DNA from: Nitrosopumilus sp.
GTDB taxonomy: Archaea; Thermoproteota; Nitrososphaeria; Nitrososphaerales; Nitrosopumilaceae
Direction: 5' to 3'
Assembly (NCBI GenBank): GCA_963662625.1
Contig: OY759726.1
Span: 1,600,001 to 1,664,000 of the forward strand
DNA length: 64,000 nucleotides
Part shown: in pieces, positions 1 to 10,570 of the stretch
Layout: each line of letters opens with the position of its first letter
Position numbering within the stretch: the first letter of the stretch is position 1
Translations under genes and position numbers: made by a program
Notes under the pieces: generated by a model
Databases searched by the model: none
What the model was told of the DNA's origin: nothing
Seen by the model: only the letters and a program-made list of their open reading frames with translations

Positions 1-2
1 TG

Positions 3-3000
3 AACCAGGACGGCACCGTAAAGCGCACGGCCGACGTGGTCGGCCAGAGGTCCGACGGCTCCCCGCTGGCAAACGGGGACCACTTCGGCGCCTCGCTGGC
101 AGCCACGGGCGACCTAGACGGCGACGGCAACTCGGACCTGCTGGTCGGGGCCACCGGCGCGTCCGTGGCCGGGATCCCCACGGGGACGATCCACGTGGCG
201 TTCCTCAACCCCGACGGGACGGTAAAGCGCACGTCCGAGATAAACTCGCTCACCCCCAACGGCCCGGAATCCCTCATGCCCGCGGGCTACTTTGGGGTGT
301 CGGTGGTCAACCTGGGCGACCTCAACGGCGACGGCCTGGAGGACATCGCCGCCGGCACGTTCAACGACGAGCCGTTCTACGTGATGTACATGGGCCCCGG
401 CGGCACCGTGCTGAGGACGGTCGAGCTCACCAGCAAGTCCATCGGGATACCTTCGGTAGTCCCGGTGAACCACTTTGGGGCCGCCGTCGCCAACCTGGGC
501 GACCTCGACTCGGACGGCGTGGCCGACATGGCCGTCGGCGCCCCGGGCGCGTTCTCGGGCGGGATAGGCACCGGGGACCTCTTCATCCTGTTCATGAACC
601 CCGACGGGACGGCGAAGCGCACGGCCCAGATCAACGGCGAGACGCCGGGCGGCCCCTCGCTTGCGGCAAGCGGCAGGTTCGGCACGTCCGTGGAGGCAGT
701 GGGCGACATGGACGGCGACGGCGTCACCGAGGTGGCGGTGGGCTCCACGATCAGCTTCGTCGACGGCGCCAACACGGGCACCCTGCACGTGCTCTTCCTG
801 AACCCGGACGGCACAGTGAAGCGTACCGCCGAGATCAACGGCTCCTCCCCCAACGGGCCCCAGCTGACGTGGAACGACCTGTTCGGCTCGTCGGTGGCCA
901 GCTTGGGCGACCTTGACGGCGACGGCGTCACCGACATGGCAGTCGGCGCCCCCGACCACGCCAACCTTGCCACGAGCCCGGGCGACCTGTACATCATGCT
1001 CATGAACCCCGACGGCACCGTGAAGCGCACGGCCGCGATCAACGGCGGCACGCCCAACGGCCCGTCGGTCGCCCCGGGCGACCTCTTCGGGATCTCGGTA
1101 GAGAACATCGGCGACCTTGACGGCGACGGCGTCACAGACCTGGCGGTGGGGGCGACGGGCCACCTCAGCAGCCCCGCCAGCGTCGGGGCAGTGCACATAC
1201 TGTTCATGAACCCAGACGGCACCGTCAAGCGCACCGCCGCGATCGACTCCGAGACCCCCAACGGCCCGTCGCTGGCCCCCGGGGACAAGTTCGGCACGTC
1301 CATAGCCGCCATGGGAGACCTCGACGGGGACGGCTCCGCCGAGATCGCGGTGGGGGCGAGCGGCCGCTTCCTGGGCGGCGTCAGCACGGGCGACGTCTAC
1401 CTGCTGTTCCTCAACCCCGACGGCACCGTGAAGCGCACCGCCGCGATCGACTCCGAGACCCCCAACGGCCCGTCGCTCGTGGAGCGGGGCTACTTTGGGT
1501 TCTCTGTCGCAAGCATGGGCGACCTCGACGGCGACGGCACCGTGGAGGTGGCTGCCGGCGCGTCGGGCTCCTCCCGGGTGTACGTCATGTCGGCGGCTGT
1601 CACGGCGGCGCCAGGGGGAAGCTTTGTCACCACCTGGAAGACCGAGAGCCCCGGCGAGTCGATCACCATCCCGGTGGGCGGGGCCACCGGCGCGTACGCG
1701 GTGGACTGGGGCGACGGCAGCACCAGCACGCACAGCGGGGACGCCTCGCACGCCTACGCCTCCCCCGGCACCTACACCGTGCAGATATCGGGCGACTTTA
1801 CCCGGATCCACCTGGGGGGCGACCACTCCAACGCCGCCAAGCTCCGCTCCATAGAGCAGTGGGGCACGGCGTCCTGGGCCACGATGGAGTCCGCGTTCAG
1901 CGGCGCGTCCAACATGGTGTACAGGGCCGCCGACGCCCCCGACCTCTCCGGCGTCACCGACGCGTCGTCGATGTTCGCCCTCGCCACCGCGTTCAACGGC
2001 GACATCTCCTCCTGGGACGTCTCGTCGGTCACCGACATGTCGCGCATGTTCTTCAACGCGGTATCCTTCGACCGCCCGCTGGACTCCTGGGACGTCTCGT
2101 CGGTCACCGACATGTCCCACATGTTCGACGACGCGATATCCTTCAACGGCGACATCTCCTCCTGGGACGTCTCGTCGGTCACGGACATGTCCTGGATGTT
2201 CTTCGGCACGCTGCAATTCAACCAGCCCATAGGCTCCTGGGACGTCTCGTCGGTCACGGACATGGGCAGCATGTTCTCGCTTTCCCCCTCGTTCAACCAG
2301 CCCATCGGCGCCTGGGACACCTCCGGCGTCACCGACATGTCCTACATGTTCACCCACACGCACGCCTTCGACCAGCCCATAGGCTCCTGGGACGTCTCGT
2401 CGGTCACCGACATGAGCTTCATGTTCCTCAACTCCGAGTCGTTCGACCAGCCGCTGGGCCCCTGGGACGTGTCGGGGGTGACCGACATGCCCGGCATGTT
2501 CCTCAACGCGGAGTCGTTCAACCAGCCCATCGGGACATGGGACGTATCGTCGGTCACGGACATGTACGGCCTGTTCGCCCACGCCTCCTCCTTCAACCAG
2601 CCACTCGACACATGGGACGTCTCGTCGGTCACCGACATGAGCTTCATGTTCGCCAACTCCACCTTCTTCAACCAGCCCCTGCACACCTGGGACGTCTCGT
2701 CGGCCGCCGACATGTCCGGCATGTTCCTCCTCGCGGTGTCGTTCGACCAGCCCCTGGATTCCTGGGACGTCTCGTCGGTCGCCTACATGCCGAACATGTT
2801 CGACAACGCGTACTCCTTCAACCAGCCCCTGCACACCTGGGACGTCTCGTCGGTCGCCGACATGTCCCACATGTTCCGCTTCGCGGCCCTCTTCGACCAG
2901 CCCCTGGATTCCTGGGACGTCTCGTCGGCCGCCGACATGTCCGGCATGTTCCGCGCGGCCTTCTCCTTTGACCAGAACCTCGGCAGCTGGTACGTCGTGC

Positions 3001-5876
3001 TCGGGGACACCGAGGTGGACAGCGGCGACAGCGTGGTCACCACCGTATCGGCGCAGAACCAGTTCCTTGACTGGCAGGACACGGAATACAGCATAGCGGC
3101 CACGGGGGACGGGGACCTGTTCGAGATGAGCGGCAACGTCCTCCGGTCAACCTCGCCGGAATACGAAATGCCGTCCTACGACGTCACCATAGTCTCCACC
3201 GGGGGGTTCGGGCCGCCCAGCTCGGTTGACGTGACCATCACGGTGGCGGGCTATGCCGGCCGGGCGCCGACGTCGCTCGGGGGGACGGTCTTCTCCGATG
3301 ACAACGGCAACGGGGCGCAGGATCCGGGCGAGCCCGGGCGCGCCGGCCTAGCGGTGCTCTACGTCGACGTGGCCGACTTTTCAAAAACCGGCAGGGTGGC
3401 CACGGACCCCTCTGGAAAGTACGCCTTCGCCGACATACCCGCAGGGGATTACCTGGTCCAGGTGGACGGCTCGGACCTGTTCAGCTACCTGACGGTCCGG
3501 GACGGGCGGGCGGTAACGCAGGACTTTGCAGTCCCCCCGCCCACCCCGTCGTACGAACCGTTCGCGTCCGCGCCGCACAACAGGTTCATCACCACGTGGG
3601 AGACGTCCTCGGCGGGCGAGTCGATCACGATCCCGGTAGGGGGAGCCGCCGGCCGGTACACCGTGGAATGGGGCGACGGCGGCGTCACCACGCACGAGGG
3701 GGACGCCTCGCACGCCTACGCCTCTCCCGGGATATACACGGTGCAGGTGTACGGCGACTTTAACAGGATCCAACTGGGGGGCGACCACTCCAACGCCGCC
3801 AAGCTCCGCTCCATAGAGCAGTGGGGCACGGCGTCCTGGACCACGATGGAGTCCGCCTTCAGCGGCGCGTCCAACATGGTGTACAGGGCCGCCGACGCCC
3901 CCGACCTCTCCGGCGTCACCGACGCGTCCGCAATGTTCGCCCTCGCCACCGCGTTCAACGGCGACATCTCCTCCTGGGACGTCTCGTCGGTCACCGACAT
4001 GTCCTACATGTTCTTCAACGCGGTATCCTTCGACCAGCCGCTTGGCTCCTGGGACGTCTCGTCGGTCACCGACATGTCCAGCATGTTCGACGACGCCATC
4101 TCCTTCAACGGCGACATCTCCTCCTGGGACGTCTCGTCGGTCACCGACATGTCCTACATGCTGTTTGGCACCACCACCTTCAACCAGGACATCTCCTCCT
4201 GGGACGTCTCGTCGGTCACCAGCACGACGCGCATGTTCGCCCTCGCCACCGCGTTCAACGGCGACATCTCCTCCTGGGACGTCTCGTCGGTCACCGACGC
4301 GTCCTACATGTTCTTCCACGCGCACGCCTTCAACCAGCCCATCGGCTCCTGGGACGTCTCGTCGGTCACCGACGCGTCCTACATGTTCCTCAACGCGATA
4401 TCCTTCGACCAGCCCATCGGGACATGGGACGTCTCGTCGGCCACCGACATGTCCGGCATGTTCCTCAACGCGGAGTCGTTCAACCAGCCCATCGGCTCCT
4501 GGGACACCTCCGGCGTCACCGACATGTCCAGCATGTTCACCCACGCCGCCGCCTTCGACCAGCCCATCGGGACATGGGACGTCTCGTCGGTCACCGACAT
4601 GTCCTACATGTTCCTCAACGCGATGTCCTTCGACCAGCCGCTGGGCTCCTGGGACGTCTCGTCGGTCACCGACATGTCCTACATGTTCCGCAGCGCGCTC
4701 TCCTTCGACCAGCCGCTTGGCTCCTGGGACGTCTCGTCGGCCACCGGCATGGCGCGGATGTTCTCGCTGGCAGCCTCCTTCAACCAGCCCCTCTCCTCCT
4801 GGGACGTCTCGTCGGTCACCGACATGTCCGGCATGTTCCTATACGCCTTCGCCTTCGACCAGCCCCTGAACTCCTGGGACGTCTCGTCGGCCACCGACAT
4901 GCGCGGGATGTTCGGCCTTGCCCACTCCTTTGACCAGAACCTGGGCGACTGGTACATAGTGCCCGCCGGCACCTCGCTGGGCGTAGGGGACACCGTGGTG
5001 ACCGACATCGCGGCGCAGAACGCCTACCTTGACAGGCATGCCCCGGCATACAGCATCGCCGCGGGCGGGGACGGGGACCTGTTCGAGGTGTGCGGCAGCA
5101 CGCTCAAGTTCGCGTCCACCGCGTACGCAAAGCCCTCCTACGACATCACCCTGGTGTCCGAGGGCGGGTTCTCGTCCCCCAACTCCCGGGACGTCACGGT
5201 CACCGTGCGGGGCGACGCGGGCGGCGGCGCGGCTGCAGTCAGGGGAACCGTGTTCGGCGACGCCAACGGCAACGGCGTGCGCGACCCGGGCGAGGCCGGG
5301 ATCGCTGGCTATTCTATGTACGCGACGGACCTTGCAAACCCCGAAGCCGTCCTGGGGACCACCACGTGTTCTGACGGCACGTACGCGTTCGAGGGCCTCA
5401 CCCCGTCCGGGACGACGCTGGTGCAGGCGGCATACTTCCCGCCCGGGCACACCATCACCACCGGGCAGTCCTACGCGTACGTCCTGCCAGAAGCCGGGGC
5501 CCCGGCGACGTTCGACGTCGGGTTCCGCCAGGTCCAGCCGTCCGAGACCGTGACGCTAGGCGTCACCGCATACCTGGACGGAAACGCAAACGGGACGCCG
5601 GACGCGGGGGAGCCGGCCATACCGGGCGTGACCGTCTTCGTCTACACGTACGCCACCGGCGAGCTGGGCCTGGTGACCACCGGCGCCGACGGCACCGCAA
5701 GCAAGGCAGGCATCACGCCCGCGGACTTTGTCGCGCAGGTAATACTCCCGCAGGGATTCTCCCGGGCTACCTCGCCGGTGGATCCGGCGTCGGGCGTCGC
5801 GGGCGCGCTCACGGCATCGGGCCCGGAGCCCGGGTCGACCATCCAAATGGCCATCGGCCTCGTGCCGTCCGGGTAG
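3..5876 (+). CDS. Giant surface protein, 5'-truncated by the window edge: >=8 FG-GAP/integrin-alpha-like propeller blades, two PKD + DUF285 (BspA-like LRR) modules, SdrD-B/Cna-B-like domains
   Basis: Frame open from base 3 (NQDGTVKRTAD); repeats FGxSVxxxGDLDGDGxxDxAVGA; VDWGDG...HAYASPGTYTV (PKD); 25-aa WDVSSVTDMSxMFxxAxxFNQPL repeats; GTVFxDxNGNGxxDPGE domains. Confidence 0.9.
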   Translation, partial: NQDGTVKRTADVVGQRSDGSPLANGDHFGASLAATGDLDGDGNSDLLVGATGASVAGIPTGTIHVAFLNPDGTVKRTSEINSLTPNGPESLMPAGYFGVSVVNLGDLNGDGLEDIAAGTFNDEPFYVMYMGPGGTVLRTVELTSKSIGIPSVVPVNHFGAAVANLGDLDSDGVADMAVGAPGAFSGGIGTGDLFILFMNPDGTAKRTAQINGETPGGPSLAASGRFGTSVEAVGDMDGDGVTEVAVGSTISFVDGANTGTLHVLFLNPDGTVKRTAEINGSSPNGPQLTWNDLFGSSVASLGDLDGDGVTDMAVGAPDHANLATSPGDLYIMLMNPDGTVKRTAAINGGTPNGPSVAPGDLFGISVENIGDLDGDGVTDLAVGATGHLSSPASVGAVHILFMNPDGTVKRTAAIDSETPNGPSLAPGDKFGTSIAAMGDLDGDGSAEIAVGASGRFLGGVSTGDVYLLFLNPDGTVKRTAAIDSETPNGPSLVERGYFGFSVASMGDLDGDGTVEVAAGASGSSRVYVMSAAVTAAPGGSFVTTWKTESPGESITIPVGGATGAYAVDWGDGSTSTHSGDASHAYASPGTYTVQISGDFTRIHLGGDHSNAAKLRSIEQWGTASWATMESAFSGASNMVYRAADAPDLSGVTDASSMFALATAFNGDISSWDVSSVTDMSRMFFNAVSFDRPLDSWDVSSVTDMSHMFDDAISFNGDISSWDVSSVTDMSWMFFGTLQFNQPIGSWDVSSVTDMGSMFSLSPSFNQPIGAWDTSGVTDMSYMFTHTHAFDQPIGSWDVSSVTDMSFMFLNSESFDQPLGPWDVSGVTDMPGMFLNAESFNQPIGTWDVSSVTDMYGLFAHASSFNQPLDTWDVSSVTDMSFMFANSTFFNQPLHTWDVSSAADMSGMFLLAVSFDQPLDSWDVSSVAYMPNMFDNAYSFNQPLHTWDVSSVADMSHMFRFAALFDQPLDSWDVSSAADMSGMFRAAFSFDQNLGSWYVVLGDTEVDSGDSVVTTVSAQNQFLDWQDTEYSIAATGDGDLFEMSGNVLRSTSPEYEMPSYDVTIVSTGGFGPPSSVDVTITVAGYAGRAPTSLGGTVFSDDNGNGAQDPGEPGRAGLAVLYVDVADFSKTGRVATDPSGKYAFADIPAGDYLVQVDGSDLFSYLTVRDGRAVTQDFAVPPPTPSYEPFASAPHNRFITTWETSSAGESITIPVGGAAGRYTVEWGDGGVTTHEGDASHAYASPGIYTVQVYGDFNRIQLGGDHSNAAKLRSIEQWGTASWTTMESAFSGASNMVYRAADAPDLSGVTDASAMFALATAFNGDISSWDVSSVTDMSYMFFNAVSFDQPLGSWDVSSVTDMSSMFDDAISFNGDISSWDVSSVTDMSYMLFGTTTFNQDISSWDVSSVTSTTRMFALATAFNGDISSWDVSSVTDASYMFFHAHAFNQPIGSWDVSSVTDASYMFLNAISFDQPIGTWDVSSATDMSGMFLNAESFNQPIGSWDTSGVTDMSSMFTHAAAFDQPIGTWDVSSVTDMSYMFLNAMSFDQPLGSWDVSSVTDMSYMFRSALSFDQPLGSWDVSSATGMARMFSLAASFNQPLSSWDVSSVTDMSGMFLYAFAFDQPLNSWDVSSATDMRGMFGLAHSFDQNLGDWYIVPAGTSLGVGDTVVTDIAAQNAYLDRHAPAYSIAAGGDGDLFEVCGSTLKFASTAYAKPSYDITLVSEGGFSSPNSRDVTVTVRGDAGGGAAAVRGTVFGDANGNGVRDPGEAGIAGYSMYATDLANPEAVLGTTTCSDGTYAFEGLTPSGTTLVQAAYFPPGHTITTGQSYAYVLPEAGAPATFDVGFRQVQPSETVTLGVTAYLDGNANGTPDAGEPAIPGVTVFVYTYATGELGLVTTGADGTASKAGITPADFVAQVILPQGFSRATSPVDPASGVAGALTASGPEPGSTIQMAIGLVPSG

Positions 5877-5889
5877 GCGGGCAGGCCGC

Positions 5890-6190
5890 GCCGCCGATCC
5901 CACTGGCAGACCTTGCGCACCCCGCCACCTGTCCGCCGCAGGCCGCGGCGTGCACCACACGCCTGCTGAAATCGGCAATCCCGAATACCGCGTTGCGCCC
6001 GTCGGCCACCCTGCCGTAGCCGGACATGGCGTCCTCCACGGCTCCGAAGACATCTTGATACATGCGCGGGTTGTTAAGCAGGTCACGTCCCAGTTGGCCC
6101 AACTGGTAGTGCATGAAGGCCTTCTGGGACTGCCCCAATTGATCTGTTGCGGTTTGGGTTGCTTTCTGCTACTTCTGGGAAGAATGGACC
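5890..6190 (-). mobile_element. IS remnant (ISH3-like transposase N-terminus and left end)
   Basis: GRNAVFGIADF resembles GRHNAVYGMADF of the intact ISH3-like copy; the DNA at ~6145-6190 recurs at ~26100-26150. Confidence 0.5.
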
Positions 6191-6502
6191 GTGCCGGGCG
6201 GGCCCGCCGCGCGGGACATCCCGGGCTTTGGGGCGGTGGTGACGGAGACGCGCCACGCCGTCCGGGCCGCCGCGTGCCCCAAGTGCGGCAGGGGGCACGT
6301 GGCGCCAAGCGGCCTCCCGGCGCGCGGGAGCCGCGGCAAGAACGCGGCGGCCGCGGCGGCCGCGCCGCGCGGGAGATCACGGGGGTGAGGATCGCGAAAT
6401 CTACGGCCATAAGCGTGACGGGGCGCGCCCGCGGCGCGATGCGCGGGCAGTTCCGGGACATCGTGGGCCGCGCCAGGAGGCCCGAGAGGGCCGGGGCCGA
6501 CG
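6191..6502 (+). pseudogene. IS66-like transposase fragment
   Basis: VTETRH...CPKCG...P..GSRGKN zinc-finger-like segment typical of IS66 TnpC; degenerate. Confidence 0.45.
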
Positions 6503-7024
6503 TAGTCAACGCCTTAAGTAATCGTTCATTTTGACCGGAACGATCTCCCTCTTGCGGATCATGGCGCGCATGGGCCCCACGGCCTCCCCGGTGTTCGCGT
6601 ACAGGCGGTTGCCCACGGGGTTCCCCGTCACCCCCCGCTGCTCCCCGGCGCCGTCAGGCTCCGGGGCGTGCGGGGGAAAGTGCCCCGGCCGGACGTCCCC
6701 GCACCCCCCGCGTGGCGCAGCACCGCCTCGGGCTTGTGCCACGACGCGTTGCCTGCGGACACGGGCACCTTGCCGAACCTCCTGCGAACCCTGCCCGGGG
6801 TCCTTATGAACACGCCGGGATCCTTCTGGCCGCGGGACATGCAGCAGGATTCCCCGTCCCCGAGGACGCCGAACGCGTGCTTCCCGTCCCTTGAGGGCGT
6901 GACGGGGGCGGCCTTCCCCTTCCTCCTCCCGTGCCGGCCGTAGCGCGCCCTGTCGCCGCCCAGCGCGACGGTGGCCCCGTCCCCCGCGGGGGCGGCGTAC
7001 CCTAGCCTGCCGTACCCGCGGGCC
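6503..7024 (-). mobile_element. Partial IS630-family element (3' half), near-identical to 10571-11090
   Basis: Starts TAGTCAACGCCTTAAGTAATCG as at 10571; truncated by an ISH3-like insertion at 7025. Confidence 0.75.
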
Positions 7025-7988
7025 CAGTAGATCGAAATGTACCCCAGCGGGACGCCGGCCAGCATGTCTTGACCCGATACTGGAACGTTTTGGACAGAAA
7101 AGCCAATGGATCAGGCGCCCCCATAACCCGTCATGTATCACCAAAACAAACCACGGGGGCACCGACTCAGGGTGGCGGGCAAGGCGTTTAAAACGTTGCC
7201 ACGGCTGCTTGGGAAAGCTGGCATCAGGTTCTCGGGCCGGCACAACGCCGCGTGCGGCATGGCCGACTTCGTGCGCGTGCCGGTGTCCATGTGCAGGGAC
7301 CGCGCATGCGCGTCTGGCGCCACCGGGACGCTCGCCGTGCGCCATGCGCAGGGCCGCGTACCGTCGTCGGCGTGGTTCCTGTCCAGGATAGTAGGGGGGG
7401 GCGTGCCGGGATCATCAGGGGGGCGTCCCACGCCGTGGCCCTGGACTACCGCCCGATGCCCAGGCACGGCAGGAACCCCGCGACCAGGGGGGAGCAGCTG
7501 GTGCGCGCGAGGCACAGGAACGGGACGTCGCGCTCCGGGGGGTACGCCACCGCCCAGATGGTGGACGGGCCGGGGCTGAACCTGGCGTGCAGGCCCAAGA
7601 AGGGGGGGGGGGACGCGCAGGAGAGGTACCTGGCGTACGCCACCAACGCCGGCGCCGGCAGGGCGGTCCGAGCCGCCGACGTCCCCGACGGGCACGGGAA
7701 GAGGTGGGGGACAGGGACGGGGCACGGGGACGCCGAGAAGGCCAGGCCCAGGACCACCGGCACGAACCCCTCAGTCAGGACGTTCATGTTCTTCATGGCG
7801 CTGGTCATGTACGACCCGTGGATGATCTCGGTGGAATGGTCCGCCGGGTGGTACGGGAGGCGCGACACCGCCTCGATCCGGCTGGCGATCATGCTGGAGT
7901 ACATGGTGAGGCTGGCCGCGTGCGCGGCGTATGGCGGCCGGGCCTGGCCCAACCAGGCGTCTGCCGGCTAGTACATTTTCAAGTACTG
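7025..7988 (+). mobile_element. Degenerate, internally deleted ISH3-family IS
   Basis: Ends CAGTAGATCGAAATGTAC / GTACATTTTCAAGTACTG; peptide homologous to 45716-46954. Confidence 0.8.
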
Positions 7989-8856
7989 GGCCCGTATCGC
8001 CTCCCGTATGGAAAGGATCAGGTTCGCCAGGGACGCGGCAATCGCGCGGCGGGCGGCGACCACCGTGTTGGCCGCCATCGCGAACCCGAACACGGCGCGG
8101 AAGAACCACGCGATGCGGGCGTCCGTGCAGTCCATGGCAAACAGCGTGAGCACCACCCCGAGCGCCACGGGCCCCAGCGACGTGCCCTCCAGGAACGGCG
8201 ATTCGGCGCACGCGACCGTCCCGCACCCGCCGCAGGAGGCCCTGTGTATCACGGCGCACGCCGTCACCATGCGCATGGAGGAGTCAAAGTCACTGACCAG
8301 CTTGTTCACGGGCCTCATCGGCTCCAGGCCCCACCCGCACCGGCACCTCCCGGTGGCGAGGCGGTAGTGCAGCGTCACGGACGGCCTGTTGGAGTGCGAC
8401 GCCCCGGCGTGGTTTGCCGGGGGGTCGCGCTTCCTGCCCTTGGCGGCGTCCCCGGGGCTCCCCCCGGGATCCTCGCCCCTCCTCTCCCTGAACCCCTTCC
8501 TGGCGCCGTTGTACAGCGAGGGCCTGGACGTGGGCATGTTGGGGCTCTCGTAGAACGCCTCCTTGCCCTTCAGCGTGGCGTTCTCCGCCCTCAGCGTGGC
8601 GATCTTCCCTTCCAGCATGGCGATCTTCCCTTCCAGCGTGCGATCTTCCCTTCCAGCGTGCGATCTTCCCTTCCAGCGTGGCGATCTTCCCTTCCAGCGC
8701 CGTAACCTTGGCATACAACCTGGCAACCTCCCTCCGCAGTACAGTGGCCTCGGAATCCGCTATTGGTATGGCTTGGGAGGGGCAGGATCAAAGCGTAGCG
8801 ATCTAGATTTGTGGATTGTTTACGTAAATTTGCCTGAGCTGGACCTGAGCATGTAC
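7989..8856 (-). mobile_element. IS66-family remnant (left end and transposase N-half)
   Basis: Coiled coil, ESPNMPTS, CxCG and CxxCG motifs, SLGP; end GTACATGCTCAGGTCCAG matches the right-end motif GTACATCATCAGGTCCAG at 9844-9861 and 42636-42653. Confidence 0.65.
8600..8699. repeat. Five tandem 20/21-bp repeats encoding the LEGKIAT heptad of the IS66 transposase
   Basis: CGATCTTCCCTTCCAGCGTG(G) x5; the 20-bp units shift the frame. Confidence 0.9.
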
Positions 8857-8881
8857 ACTGGACCTTACTAAAAGGTTAAAT

Positions 8882-9613
8882 ATGACTTATCCGTTTATTG
8901 TTAGTATAATGCACCTAAGCGGCAAAATCCATGTCGGCGCGTTGACATTCGCAGCCATCTCGTGCGCCACGGCGATGCTCTTGGCAGGTTCTGCCCACGC
9001 GGATCACTCCACGTACTATAACTCCGACACGGGCAGCTGGCGCGTGGATCTCGGGTACTCGGGAACCCTGAACGTGGGCAAGGTATTTGCGTACGACGCG
9101 GACAACAGCAATTCGCCCAAGGCGTACATGGGGACGGGATACGCCAGCGGCGAGGAGGTCGTCAGAACCATGAGTTATTCGAAGATGGTAATCATGGGGG
9201 ATGCGTCGACCTTGAAGGTCAAGTTTGATGAATGCTGGCTTAGTGCGTACGGCTTCTGCCACAAGAAGGTCATCAGTTTTGATTCGATAGGCAACAGCAG
9301 GCCCCATGTCAATTCCGCCTCGTACAACGCGGACAACGGTATCGCGACGATAAATGCCAGCGAGCCCATAAAGGACGCGGACGCGTCAAAGATATGCCTG
9401 GTGGGAAATAACATGTTCGACAGTAGTATAACGACGACCGTGTGCGCCAACTCAGTGTCCGCGGGGGGCAAGACGGTAACCGCGTCATTCGGCAACCCGT
9501 GCCTTGACGATTACATGGTAAGGCTGAAGGTGGAAAAGTCGGCCATAAAGGACACGTGGAATACCTGGAACGTCGACACATACAAGACACGCCAGATGCA
9601 CTGGTACTGTTGA
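8882..9613 (+). CDS. Secreted hypothetical protein, Cys-containing, possible C-terminal Ig-like domain (start may be 8909)
   Basis: Hydrophobic signal peptide ending AHA; non-repetitive ORF with lower GC than its flanks. Confidence 0.75.
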   Translation: MTYPFIVSIMHLSGKIHVGALTFAAISCATAMLLAGSAHADHSTYYNSDTGSWRVDLGYSGTLNVGKVFAYDADNSNSPKAYMGTGYASGEEVVRTMSYSKMVIMGDASTLKVKFDECWLSAYGFCHKKVISFDSIGNSRPHVNSASYNADNGIATINASEPIKDADASKICLVGNNMFDSSITTTVCANSVSAGGKTVTASFGNPCLDDYMVRLKVEKSAIKDTWNTWNVDTYKTRQMHWYC

Positions 9614-9861
9614 GTGTTGCCCGCCCCGCCTGCTGCGAGGGAGCCGCACGCCACGATCCCGTTCCTTCTGCCGGATCCACTTGCCACCGCCCTGTTCCCG
9701 ACATGGGGACGCCCTGCCCGGTGGCCGCCTTTCCCGCGCCGCCGGCAGTGCCTGCCCTCCCAGCCGTGGCCGCATGAGAACCTAACGGGGCGACGCCGGT
9801 CGGCCGCATCGCACGTGTCGGCCAGGGGTGGCCGTCGTGTGACCTGGACCTGATGATGTAC
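9614..9861 (+). mobile_element. IS66-like right-end remnant
   Basis: 9790-9861 aligns with the reverse complement of 42636-42715 and ends CTGGACCTGATGATGTAC. Confidence 0.5.
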
Positions 9862-10074
9862 GTTGCGGCCACTAGTGTATGAAAGGTCGGTTCACTAGCC
9901 ACCCGTCTCCGTATCCATCCACTTGGGGTCGTTTTTCCTGATCGTGTTCGTGGCATCCTTGTCATGGAAGGCCCCCGGCGGGGTCTGGCAGTTGCCGGCG
10001 TCCAGGGAGAAGTGCAGCCCGTCCCCGCCGCACTCGATGTCCTCGGGCATGCTCCCGTGGCGCCATGTCCAGTC

Positions 10075-10570
10075 CCCCGTGCCCCGGAAGAGCCTCCATC
10101 TTGGCGGTGGCGTACGCCTCGAACCTGGACGTCCCGTTCCCGTTCCCCGCGCGCACCAGCTGCTCCTCCCTAGCGGCGGGGTCCATGTCGTGCCTGGGCA
10201 TCAGGTGGTCGTCGATGGCCACGGTGCAGCGGATCCGCCTGAGTGCCCTGGAGCGCCCGGCCTCCCGCACGGTGGCGGCGAGGGCACCGGAGCACCGCTC
10301 CCGCATGGCGTCCGGGCCGCGGCACGCCCCCCGTATCCTGGAGGGCACCCACGCCGACGACGGCATGCGGTCCTGCCCGTGGCGCACGGCGGACGTCCCG
10401 GTGGCGTCCGACGCGCACGCGCGGTCCCCGCACATGAACGCCAGCACGCGCACGAAGCCGGCCATGCTGGCCAGCAGCCTCGCGTAGTCGTTGTGGGCGG
10501 CCTCCGTCCCGTGGAGTCCCTCCGTCACGGAGATCTCCTCCGTCAGGTGCCCCGCCTGCCGGGCGCACTG
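10075..10570 (-). pseudogene. ISH3-family transposase fragment
   Basis: RRIRCTVAIDDHLMPR...EEQLVRA..GTSRFEAYATA homologous to 45716-46954. Confidence 0.75.

Noticed and set aside
114-2870. Long alternative-frame and antisense ORFs here and over ilvD, prf1, purL and trkH
   Set aside because: Expected shadows in high-GC coding DNA; R/G/H/V-biased with no domain motifs.
1950-4940. Regular ~33-bp conserved blocks with variable intervals resembling a CRISPR array (also in the other DUF285 genes)
   Set aside because: The period is 75 bp, in frame, and the 'spacers' are homologous coding sequence of DUF285 repeats; no cas genes.
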